This document shows positions 1 through 7,834 of a DNA stretch of 32,000 bases, piece after piece. The notes beneath the pieces are model-generated. The model had not been told where the DNA came from and did no database searches. It saw only the letters and a program-made list of their open reading frames with translations. The first letter of the stretch is position 1; the number at the start of each line of letters is the position of its first letter. A program made the translations under genes and the position numbers. This DNA is from Rhodobacter capsulatus SB 1003 (GTDB lineage: Bacteria; Pseudomonadota; Alphaproteobacteria; Rhodobacterales; Rhodobacteraceae), in NCBI RefSeq assembly GCF_000021865.1, contig NC_014034.1, positions 2,610,001-2,642,000 on the forward strand, written 5' to 3'.

Positions 1-396
1 CAGAAACAGCGGCCCCGAAAGACCGAGGGACAGCACCTCCTCGGCGCACATCGCCGCCAGATGCAGATGGGTCTTTGCCCCGGGCTTCACCACCATATGC
101 CCCGAGCGCAGGCCGTAAAGCGGCTGATCGGGGCCGAGTGCCGCGGCCAGCGCCGCAAAGGGCGCATAGCCCTGACAACTCCAGATCAGCGGCGGGCGCG
201 AGCCCGCGACATTGACCCCGAAGATCAGCCCGTTCGCGCTGACCACCTCGCCCCGCCACCAGGGCCTTGTGACCGCCGCGATCTTCTTGCGCAGATCGGC
301 CACAAGCGTCGGATCGATCAGCCCCGCCCCGACGGGGGCGGCGGCGGCGGCGGCGGCCGGGCTGTCCTGCGGGGCGGGAGGCGCGATCTTGCTCAT
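1..396 (-). CDS. Thioesterase-like alpha/beta hydrolase. Only the N-terminal 132 codons are present; the gene continues past the left edge.
   Basis: The minus-strand frame is open from the ATG (complement of 394-396) to base 1. It is not in the ORF track because it is truncated. There is an ATGA overlap with the stop of the upstream gene (393-395). The translation MSKIAPPAPQDSPAAAAAAAPVG...SRPPLIWSCQGYAPFAALAAALGPDQPLYGLRSGH...LSGPLFL resembles the N-terminal part of PKS/NRPS-associated thioesterase domains. The nucleophile elbow would lie outside the window. Confidence 0.5.
   Translation of the reverse strand, partial: MSKIAPPAPQDSPAAAAAAAPVGAGLIDPTLVADLRKKIAAVTRPWWRGEVVSANGLIFGVNVAGSRPPLIWSCQGYAPFAALAAALGPDQPLYGLRSGHMVVKPGAKTHLHLAAMCAEEVLSLGLSGPLFL
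337..357. repeat. (GGC)7 trinucleotide repeat encoding Ala7 in the N-terminal linker of the thioesterase-like gene
   Basis: Read directly: ggcggcggcggcggcggcggc at 337-357. On the coding (minus) strand this is GCC x7, giving PAAAAAAAP. Confidence 0.9.
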
Positions 397-1859
397 GTTC
401 GCCGCAACCAGCCGTTGAAGTTGAACGTGGCATTATAGCCGAAGCGGTCGCAAGACTGCGTGTCGATCTCGTAATCGGCGCCGCGGCGGGCCAGAAAAGC
501 ATCGATCGCGCGCGAGGGCGGCGACAGCGCCGAGGCCACCGCCGCGCTGTCGGCGGCGTCGCGAAACGCGCCATCCTCGATGATCACGTAATCGCCCCGC
601 GTCAGATGCGGATCGACATAGTCCAGAACCGCGGTGCAGGTCGCCTCGTCATGGGCGGAATCCTCGATCACCAGCAGCGGATGGCCAAGGCGGCGCAGCT
701 CCTCGGGCGGCAGCACCCGCGCCAGATCGCGGGCGTCGCCGATGCGGGCATCGACCTGCGGATGCGCGCTGGGGGGGCGCGGCAACAGATCGATGCTGAT
801 CACCGGCCCGGGCAGGCCCAGCGCCACCATCATGTCGGCCAGCCATTCGGTCCGCCCGCCTTCGAGACTGCCGATCTCGATCACCGCGGCCGGTTTCAGC
901 TGCCCCAGCAGCGCCAGATAATTCGCCATGTCCAGCGGGTTGAGCAGCATCGCCCGGCCCTTGTAGCGATAGTCAAGGCTGCCCTTGAGCAGGTCGGTCA
1001 GCACTGCGCCGGGCAGCGCGCTGGAAAATTCCCGCGCCCCGCCGCCCTGCCCCGCCGCCGGTCTTGGCCCCGATCCCGCGGGGGCCAGCATCGGGCGGCT
1101 GGCATCAAGCCGTTCCAGCTCGGCGATCTTGCACAGGCTGCGCAGCGGGGGGCTCAGTTCCAGCCCGCCCAGCACCGCCGAGAGCGCCCCCTCGCGGTCC
1201 GCCGCCAGCCGCGGCTGCGGCACGATCACCGCCAGACCGAACAGAAGCGGCAGCCAGACGACATGAAACTCTGCCCCGCGTCCGGCCAGAAAATCCTCGA
1301 TCGCGGTCTTGACGCCATTGCGCGGACCGCCCTCCTCCACGGCATGGGCAAAGCCCGCATTGTGCCCCCCCGGCGAAAGGCCGCGTTCCCGCGGCAAGAG
1401 CCCGCCGATGCGATGGGGCTGGCGATGCGCGGCGGGGATGCGGTCGGGGCAATAGTAAAGATCGCGGCGCGCATAGGGCCATTCGACATCGTGGCAGATA
1501 GTGATCGGCGCATCGGGTGCCAGCGGGCCGTCGCCGCCGTAGATCGCCTGCAGCTCGTGATACATCGTGTACCAGTTGTGGTCGCCATCCAGCAGCACGA
1601 CATCGGCGGGCAGAAGATCGCCCAGCACGTCCAGGCTGGGGCGCGGGTGAAACACCGCCACCCCGGCGAAGCGGTCGCACAGCCGCGCCACCTCGGGCCC
1701 CGGTTCGGGATCGACGATGTCAAGCCGCGCCCCGGCGGCCTTGGCCCAGCCGGCCAGAAACCGGGAATGGCGGCCCGCATCGGCGCCGACCTCGATCACG
1801 CGGCGCGCTTCGGCGGCGTCCAGAATGGGTTTGACGACACTGGGCCAGAATTGGAACAC
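393..1859 (-). CDS. Tandem methyltransferase-fold protein. The N-terminal half is a class I SAM methyltransferase (Methyltransf_24-like). The C-terminal half is CmcI / cephalosporin-hydroxylase-like.
   Basis: 488-codon ORF with a GTG start at 1857-1859 and GGAG about 9 nt upstream. N-half motifs: VIEVGADAGRHS and LLDGDHNWY. A Pro/Gly-rich linker follows. C-half motifs: YRYKGRAMLLNPLDMANYLALLGQLKPAAVIEIGSLEGG, VIEDSAHDE and YVIIEDG. Confidence 0.8.
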   Translation of the reverse strand: MFQFWPSVVKPILDAAEARRVIEVGADAGRHSRFLAGWAKAAGARLDIVDPEPGPEVARLCDRFAGVAVFHPRPSLDVLGDLLPADVVLLDGDHNWYTMYHELQAIYGGDGPLAPDAPITICHDVEWPYARRDLYYCPDRIPAAHRQPHRIGGLLPRERGLSPGGHNAGFAHAVEEGGPRNGVKTAIEDFLAGRGAEFHVVWLPLLFGLAVIVPQPRLAADREGALSAVLGGLELSPPLRSLCKIAELERLDASRPMLAPAGSGPRPAAGQGGGAREFSSALPGAVLTDLLKGSLDYRYKGRAMLLNPLDMANYLALLGQLKPAAVIEIGSLEGGRTEWLADMMVALGLPGPVISIDLLPRPPSAHPQVDARIGDARDLARVLPPEELRRLGHPLLVIEDSAHDEATCTAVLDYVDPHLTRGDYVIIEDGAFRDAADSAAVASALSPPSRAIDAFLARRGADYEIDTQSCDRFGYNATFNFNGWLRRT

Positions 1860-1880
1860 GGGGCTGTCTCCGAAAAAGGG

Positions 1881-3656
1881 TCACGACTTGCGCCAGAAGG
1901 CGCCCGTCCAGTCGATCATGCCAAGCGGCGCGGTGATGCCGCGCGCGGCGCGGAAGCGGTCCACCGCCAGCGCGCATTGGCCAAGGGCGCCGTAATCGTC
2001 GATGATGACGAAGCCCCCCGGCGCGACGCGGTCGTAAAGCGCCTCCAGCGCCTGCAGGGTGGAGCTGTAAAGATCGCCATCAAGCCGCAGCAGCGCCAGT
2101 TTTTCCACCGCGCAGCCCGCCAGCGTGTCGGCAAAGAAGCCGGGCAGGAACCGCACCCGCGCATCGAGCAGGCCGAAATCGGCAAAGGCCCGCTCCACCC
2201 GCGCCTGCGACACGGCCAGCGCCGGGGCGCGCTCGCGCGACAGATCCAGCCCCTCGTCTTCGGGCAGCGCGGGCGGTGGCAGCCCGGCAAAGGAATCCGC
2301 CACCCAAAGGCTGCGGTCCTGCGCCCCGGCCAGATCGAGCATCGCCTTCATCAGCAGGCAGGCCCCGCCGCGCCAGACCCCGCATTCCATCAGATCGCCC
2401 GGCACCGCCTCGGCCAGGACGGTGGCGACGCAGTCCTGCAGATGGTCCAGCCGCCGCCGCCCGATCATCGTATAGCCCAGCGGCGGACCGGCCTGCGCGG
2501 TCAGCGTGTCAAGCCCCTGCGCCCGCAACCGCCGCTTTTCCGCCAGCGCCGGGGCCAGCTGGCCGGGCACGTCGTAAAGCGTCTCGCTCCAGAAGGCGGG
2601 GGGGATGTCCTTTCGGCCCCGCAGCGCATCCAGCGCAACCTCGGTTTCCAGCCCGGTCTCGTTCAAAAGCACCGCCTTGAGCAGGTCGAGATAGCGCTCG
2701 CCCGCCTCGGGGCCGGGCCGCAAGGGCGTTGCCGCCGCGCGCGGGGGGGCCGTCTGCGCCGCGGCAAGCTGGCGGGCGTAAACCTCGGCGGCGCGGCGCG
2801 ACACCGGGCCGAAATAGCTGCGCTCGGTATCCACGACCCGGATCCGGCCGCGCAGGCGGTAATATTCCTTGGCGGCGCGCTTGTGCACCTCCAGCGCGGC
2901 GGCCCCGGCATTCGTGTGGGTGCCGCCATGGATCTGATGAAAGATCCCCTCGCCCAGAACCACCACCTGCCGCGTGCCCGGATGTTCCAGCGCGCGCCAG
3001 AGCAGATCGGCATTGGCCGCCCCGCCGCCCGGGCTTTCGAAGGCCGGATCGAAGCCGCCCAGCGCCTCCCAAAGAGCGCGCGGCAGGAACAGCAGATTGC
3101 TTTCGCTGAGCGGGCCGAACCAGCCGCGCCGGACATTCTCGGCAAAGGGGCTGATGTCGAACAGCCGGTAGCCGTCGGCCTGCCAGTCGATCCCGGCCAG
3201 CAGCCGGTCCTCCCAGGCGCTGTCATAGCCCTGCTGCTGGGTCAGCCATTGCGGCCCCGGCCCGATCTGGAACGAGAGCGTGCTGACGACCGGCATCGGA
3301 TCGGTCCGCGCCGCGCGGCGACAGGCCTCCAGCAGGCCGGGGCTGGCCATCCGCGCGCCGTCGATGCTGACGCCGATCAGCGGCGCCGCCGCAAGGCCCA
3401 GCCCGTGGTTGATCGCCCGCACCGGCGAGGGCGTCGGATCGGCAAAGCGCTCGATCCGCAAATTCAGGCCCAGATCGGCGAAATCCTCGGCCCGCGGCGG
3501 CTGGCGCGAGCCGTTGTCGATCACGATCACCTCGTAATCCTCGGCGGCGATGCCCTCCTGATAGCGCGGCGACAGGCTGTAAAGCGTCCGCGGCAATTCG
3601 CGCGCCATCTCGTGGCTGATCACGATCAGGCTCAGCTCGGGCGGCTTGCGGGTCAT
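1881..3656 (-). CDS. Bifunctional fusion of a family-2 glycosyltransferase (N-terminal) and a TylF/macrocin-type O-methyltransferase (C-terminal)
   Basis: 591-codon ORF. Its ATG overlaps the ACP stop (ATGA at 3653-3656). N-terminal motif: LSLIVISHEMARELPRTLYSL...YEVIVIDNGS (GT-A/GT2). C-terminal motifs: GDLMECGVWRGG, ADSFAGLP, LRLDGDLYSST and GGFVIIDDYG (TylF family hallmarks). Confidence 0.85.
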   Translation of the reverse strand: MTRKPPELSLIVISHEMARELPRTLYSLSPRYQEGIAAEDYEVIVIDNGSRQPPRAEDFADLGLNLRIERFADPTPSPVRAINHGLGLAAAPLIGVSIDGARMASPGLLEACRRAARTDPMPVVSTLSFQIGPGPQWLTQQQGYDSAWEDRLLAGIDWQADGYRLFDISPFAENVRRGWFGPLSESNLLFLPRALWEALGGFDPAFESPGGGAANADLLWRALEHPGTRQVVVLGEGIFHQIHGGTHTNAGAAALEVHKRAAKEYYRLRGRIRVVDTERSYFGPVSRRAAEVYARQLAAAQTAPPRAAATPLRPGPEAGERYLDLLKAVLLNETGLETEVALDALRGRKDIPPAFWSETLYDVPGQLAPALAEKRRLRAQGLDTLTAQAGPPLGYTMIGRRRLDHLQDCVATVLAEAVPGDLMECGVWRGGACLLMKAMLDLAGAQDRSLWVADSFAGLPPPALPEDEGLDLSRERAPALAVSQARVERAFADFGLLDARVRFLPGFFADTLAGCAVEKLALLRLDGDLYSSTLQALEALYDRVAPGGFVIIDDYGALGQCALAVDRFRAARGITAPLGMIDWTGAFWRKS

Positions 3657-3901
3657 GCGAGCAGGCCGCTTTCGCGCAGATCGGCGATCAGCTCGTCGAT
3701 CGTGGCATTGCGCAGGACCAGCGTCGCCTCGATCTCGGTGCCGAAATGTTCTTCCATCGCGCCCGCCATCACCACCGCATCGACCGAGTCGATCCCGAGG
3801 TTGTAAAATGGCGCATCGCCGGTGATGGCGGTCGCCTCTGCCCCCGTGAGCGACACGAGAAAATCGGTGATCCAGGTTCTGACGGCGGTTTCATTCAGCA
3901 T
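3653..3901 (-). CDS. Stand-alone acyl carrier protein (82 aa)
   Basis: Internal ATG at 3899-3901 with GAGG 5 nt upstream. The translation MLNETAVRTWITDFLV...PFYNLGIDSVDAVVMAGAMEEHFG carries the phosphopantetheine-attachment motif LGIDS. The longer 232-aa track ORF would overlap the P450 gene. Confidence 0.8.
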   Translation of the reverse strand: MLNETAVRTWITDFLVSLTGAEATAITGDAPFYNLGIDSVDAVVMAGAMEEHFGTEIEATLVLRNATIDELIADLRESGLLA

Positions 3902-3939
3902 CGGGGCCTCGCAGCAAGGTATTTCGGGGGCCATGCGGG

Positions 3940-5148
3940 TCAGACCTGCACGGGAAGATTGGTCATGCGGCGCTGGTTGTGCAGCGCCCGCCAGCCGGGC
4001 CGGTCGATGCACAGCCGCGGGCGCGGCCCGTCCAGCACGGTGCCCAGCGCGATTTCGGCCTCCATCCGGGCGACCCAGGCGCCCAGGCAGTGATGCAGCC
4101 CGCCGCCAAAGGATTGCACCGGCCGCCCGGTGCGCCCGGGCAGGTAAAGGTCGGGGTCGGGATAGGCCTGCGGATCGCGGTTGGCGGCGGCGATCATCAG
4201 CACGATCTGCTGGCCCGCCCGGATCTCCTGCCCGGCCAGGGTCATGTCGGTGGCGGCGCGGCGGCGGACCTGCTGGATCGGCGCCTCCAGCCGCAAGGCC
4301 TCTTCGGCGGCACTGGCCAAGAGCTTCCGGTCCGCCGCGACGCGGTCGCATTGATCGGGATGGTCGAGCAGCAGCCAGAGCGCATTGCCGATCAGCGCCG
4401 AGGTGGTCTCGAAGCCCGCCATGAAGACGAAACTGGTCAGGGCGGTCAGCCGGTCGTCGTCAAAGGGCGCCTCGGAGGCGTCATTGCGGCTGACCAGAAG
4501 CGACAGGCCATCGTCCCGCGGCGCAAGGCGGCGGGCCGTGATCTCGGCGCGCAGGAAGGCATGGGCCTCGGTCAGGCGCCGTTCGGCGGCGCGGAAATCG
4601 CGGATCGAGGCGCCGCGGTTGAGGATCACCGGCACCCCCGAAAGCGTCTTCGCCAGCCAGAGCGCATCGGCATCGGCCAGCCCCAAAAGCCAGCCCATGA
4701 ACAGCGGCGGCAGCGGATCGGCAAAGCCGGTCATCAGATCCAGACCGCCGTCGCGGACCAGCGGCGCATGAAGGCTGCGGGCGATGCGCGCCACCTCGGC
4801 GGCGCAGGCGGCCTGCGGGCGCAGCGCCAGAAGCCGCGCCACCAGCGCGCGCAGCGGCCCATGCGCGGGCGGGTTGCGGAAAAAGATCGCCATGTCAAGC
4901 AGCCGCAACAGCTCGACCGGGTGGTCGCCCAGCGCCTGCGAGACATCGGCGACGAACTGCCCCAGATCCAGCGTCAGCAGGCCGGGGTTGCAAAAGGCCG
5001 CGCTGACCTCTTGATGGCGCAGCAGCACCCAGGCCTGTTCGGTCTCGGTCCAGAACACCGGCGCGCGGGCGCGCAGCTGCGCGTAGACCGGATAGGGGTC
5101 GTCGCGCAACAGCGGCGCAAGACTGTTGAACGATCCAAAATCAACCAT
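3940..5148 (-). CDS. Cytochrome P450 monooxygenase (402 aa)
   Basis: ATG at 5146-5148 with AGGAGG 5 nt upstream. Heme-thiolate loop FGGGLHHCLG, I-helix AGFETTS and ExxR (EALRLE) are all present. The start overlaps the stop of the ligase gene by 8 nt. Confidence 0.9.
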   Translation of the reverse strand: MVDFGSFNSLAPLLRDDPYPVYAQLRARAPVFWTETEQAWVLLRHQEVSAAFCNPGLLTLDLGQFVADVSQALGDHPVELLRLLDMAIFFRNPPAHGPLRALVARLLALRPQAACAAEVARIARSLHAPLVRDGGLDLMTGFADPLPPLFMGWLLGLADADALWLAKTLSGVPVILNRGASIRDFRAAERRLTEAHAFLRAEITARRLAPRDDGLSLLVSRNDASEAPFDDDRLTALTSFVFMAGFETTSALIGNALWLLLDHPDQCDRVAADRKLLASAAEEALRLEAPIQQVRRRAATDMTLAGQEIRAGQQIVLMIAAANRDPQAYPDPDLYLPGRTGRPVQSFGGGLHHCLGAWVARMEAEIALGTVLDGPRPRLCIDRPGWRALHNQRRMTNLPVQV

Positions 5149-6874
5149 CGGAACCTCCTGAAAATGAAAGATGATCTGTCTTCGTGACCGGGCAGCGGGC
5201 CAGCTCTCCGGCCAGATGGGCGGCGCGGCAGGCGCCGCGGCGGATCTTGTTGCTGGTGGTGCGCGGCAAGGTGCCCGGCCGCACCAGCACGACTTCAAAC
5301 GGGCGCACCCCGAAGCCCTCGCAGATCGCCGCCGTGACCGCCTGCGCCGCCAGATCCAGCGCCGGATCGGCCTGATGGCCGCGCCGGACCTCCTGCACCA
5401 CGACCAGCGCCTCGGCCCCGTCTTGCGGCACGGCAAAGGCGGCGGCAGTGGCGGAAAGCGCGGGATGGGCGCGGGTGGCGGCGGCCTCGATATCCTCGGG
5501 GTGGTGCTTGGCGCCGCGGATGATGACGATATCCTTCAGCCGCCCGACGACGGCCAGCCCCTCGCCCCGCATCTGCCCCAGATCGCCGGTGCGCAGGAAG
5601 GCCGGGCCATCCTCGTTCGCGATCCGCGCCCCGAAACTGTCCCGGCTGCGGTCGGGCTGCTGCCAGTAGCCCGCGCCGACATGCGGCCCGGCCACCCAGA
5701 TCTCGCCCACCTTACCCTCGGGCAGGCGTTCGCGGGTTTCGGGATCGACGATGGCCAGCTGCTGCCCCGCGGCGCCAAGGCCGCAGATCACCCGCTCGGG
5801 CTGGTCGGCAGATCCGGGCAGCGTGGCAAGCCCGCTGCCCGCCGGCCCGCCCGAGACGAAAAGCGTCGTCTCGGCCATGCCGTAACAGGGAAACAGCGCC
5901 TTCGGGTCGAAGCCCGCCGGGGCAAGACGGGCGGCGAAGCGGCGCAGATCCTCGGCCCGGACCGGCTCGGCGCCGCAAAAGGCGACGCGCCAGCTGGAGA
6001 GGTCAAGGCCCTCGATCTGCTCGGGGCGCAGGCGCTCGGCACAGAGCGCATAGGCGAAATTCGGCCCGCCGCTGCTGGTGGCGCGGTGGCGCGCGATCGC
6101 CTGCAGCCAGCGCAGGGGCCGCTGGATGAAATCCATCGGCGCCATCAGCACCGTCTCGGCCCCCAGATAAAGCGGCTGCAGCATCCCGCCGACCAGCCCC
6201 ATGTCGTGAAACAGCGGCAGCCAGCTGACCATCCGCGTCGTGCTGTCATGGCCAAAGGCGCGGCGGATCATCTCCATGTTGGCGATCAGATTGGACTGGG
6301 TGACGATCACCCCGCGCGGATCGGCGGTCGAGCCCGAGGTATATTGCAAGAAGGCCGGATCTTCGGGTTGCGGCGGTTCGGGTTGCGGCGGATCGCCCGC
6401 GGGGGCGGGCCCGTCGGTGGCGATCCAGTCCAGATCGGGCCGCAGCGCGGCCACCGCGTCGCGGATCGTCGCCTCGGCGGCCAGCGCAGCCGAACACAGC
6501 ACCAGACGGGGCCGCGCATCGGCGGCAATCGCGGCGATCCGCGGGGCAGAGCGCGCAGGCGTGATGAAGGGCGTCGGCACCGCGATGGCGCCTGCGTAAA
6601 GACAGGCCCAGAAGCCGATGACAAAGGGCAGACCCGGCGGATAGACCAGAAGCACGGTCCGCCCGCGCGCGCCCCGCGCCAGCAGCTCGGCCGCCCAAAG
6701 CCGGGCCTGACGGTCAAGCCCGGCATAGGTCAGGCAGGTCCCCTCGCCCTCGCCGCGGTCCAGAAACCGCAAGGCGATCTTGTCGGGGCAGTTCCGGGCG
6801 TGCCGTTGCAGCACCTGCGCCAAGGTGGCATCGGGCCGCGTGCCGGGAAGGCCCGGCGATGTCCCCTCTGTCAT
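5141..6874 (-). CDS. Fatty acyl-AMP ligase (FAAL-type adenylate-forming enzyme, 577 aa)
   Basis: ATG at 6872-6874 forms an ATGA overlap with the radical SAM stop. Motifs: FLQYTSGSTADPRGV, LPLFHDMGL, YGMAETT, LRTGDLG and GRLKDIVIIRGAKHHPEDIE. There is no fused carrier or condensation domain. Size and motifs resemble the FadD32/FAAL class. Confidence 0.9.
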   Translation of the reverse strand: MTEGTSPGLPGTRPDATLAQVLQRHARNCPDKIALRFLDRGEGEGTCLTYAGLDRQARLWAAELLARGARGRTVLLVYPPGLPFVIGFWACLYAGAIAVPTPFITPARSAPRIAAIAADARPRLVLCSAALAAEATIRDAVAALRPDLDWIATDGPAPAGDPPQPEPPQPEDPAFLQYTSGSTADPRGVIVTQSNLIANMEMIRRAFGHDSTTRMVSWLPLFHDMGLVGGMLQPLYLGAETVLMAPMDFIQRPLRWLQAIARHRATSSGGPNFAYALCAERLRPEQIEGLDLSSWRVAFCGAEPVRAEDLRRFAARLAPAGFDPKALFPCYGMAETTLFVSGGPAGSGLATLPGSADQPERVICGLGAAGQQLAIVDPETRERLPEGKVGEIWVAGPHVGAGYWQQPDRSRDSFGARIANEDGPAFLRTGDLGQMRGEGLAVVGRLKDIVIIRGAKHHPEDIEAAATRAHPALSATAAAFAVPQDGAEALVVVQEVRRGHQADPALDLAAQAVTAAICEGFGVRPFEVVLVRPGTLPRTTSNKIRRGACRAAHLAGELARCPVTKTDHLSFSGGSDG

Positions 6875-7834
6875 GCCGCCCCCCCTTGCGAAAACCGCGT
6901 CACCGCCTCGGTCGGGGGGCCAAGCCCCCAGTCCGCGCCCATCTCGCAGCGGTTGCAGACCGGCATCGCCGCCCGGCGCGTTTCCAGCGCCCGCAAGAAG
7001 GCCGCGCGCCGGTCCCCGGCCCGCAGCATGCTCAGGCGGTCCTGCCCCAGATTGCCAAGCAGCGCCGCCCCCGGATGAAAGCAGCATGGCACGATGTTGC
7101 CGCGATGATCGACGTAAAGATTGCCCGGATCGGCGGCGATCGCACAGCCGCCCGTGCCCATCGTCACCCGATCGCGGGCGCGGTCGCGCAGGCTGTCGGG
7201 CAGCTGGATCCAGCCGCGGAATTCGGGATGAATGCCGAAAGGCCCCAGCACCTCTCGCCAGCGCTGCCGGTACTCGGGCGCCTCGATCACGCAGCGCGCC
7301 TGCAGGCGCAGGGCCGGATATGTCGCCGCCAGATCCCGGGCAAAGGCCAGAAACGTCATCAGTTTCGACCACCTGGCCGGTGGCCGCAGGGCTTCGTAGC
7401 TGGCCGGCGTGCCGTCGCCGTCGCAGCTGACCGTCAGCAGATTGAGCGCCCCCATCGCCACCAGCGCCTCCAGCCGGTCGCGGGCCTCGGATTGCGCATT
7501 GGTGGAAATCTCCACCCAATGCCGCCGGATCGGGCTTTCCAGCAGGATCCGGCCCAGCTCTTCCAGCGCGGGATGCAGCAGCGGCTCGCCGTAGTTGAAC
7601 AGCCGTATCAGCGTGATCTTCGGCACGTCGATGTTGGACAGGCAGCGCGCGAACAGCTCGGGCGCGATGAACTCGGGGCGGGGATCAAGGCCGGAATTCG
7701 GGCAGCCGACACAGCGCAGCTGACAGCCGCCGACGATGTCGAAATGCAGCGTGGACAGCGACAGCGGCCTCCCGGCTCCCCCCCCCGGCCAAAGCCCCGG
7801 CCCGACTCGTCTGTCGCGGCGACGGATGTGTCAT
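6871..7834 (-). CDS. Radical SAM enzyme with a C-terminal SPASM/twitch-like Cys cluster. The N-terminus is out of frame at a G9 tract, so this is a possible frameshift, sequencing indel or phase-variable start.
   Basis: The core frame is open from 7830 to the stop at 6871-6873. Motifs: HFDIVGGCQLRCVGC (CxxxCxxC at 7702-7725), FNYGEPLLHP, ISTNA, VSCDGDG, then GGCAIAADPGNLYVDHRGNIVPCC...PVCNRC. No ATG/GTG/TTG lies in frame between the TGA at 7831-7833 and the Cys motif. The nearest ATG (7832-7834) is in another frame. The 5' boundary is therefore uncertain. Confidence 0.7.
7778..7786. repeat. C9 (plus strand) / G9 (coding strand) homopolymer, the longest in the window
   Basis: Read directly: ggct ccccccccc ggcc. 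It lies 17 codons upstream of the CxxxCxxC motif, at the point where the reading frames change. Confidence 0.95.

Noticed and set aside
606-3806. 1066-codon plus-strand ORF spanning the methyltransferase and glycosyltransferase genes
   Set aside because: It is antisense to two ORFs with clear domain motifs. Its translation is Arg/Gly/Pro/Ala/Gln-rich low-complexity sequence with no motif. This is the classic high-GC shadow ORF.
3653-7519. Longer track versions of the ACP (to 4351), P450 (to 5436) and ligase (to 7519) ORFs
   Set aside because: The N-terminal extensions run through the preceding gene in another frame and are Arg/Pro-rich. Internal ATGs with good Shine-Dalgarno sequences or ATGA coupling give proteins of canonical length.
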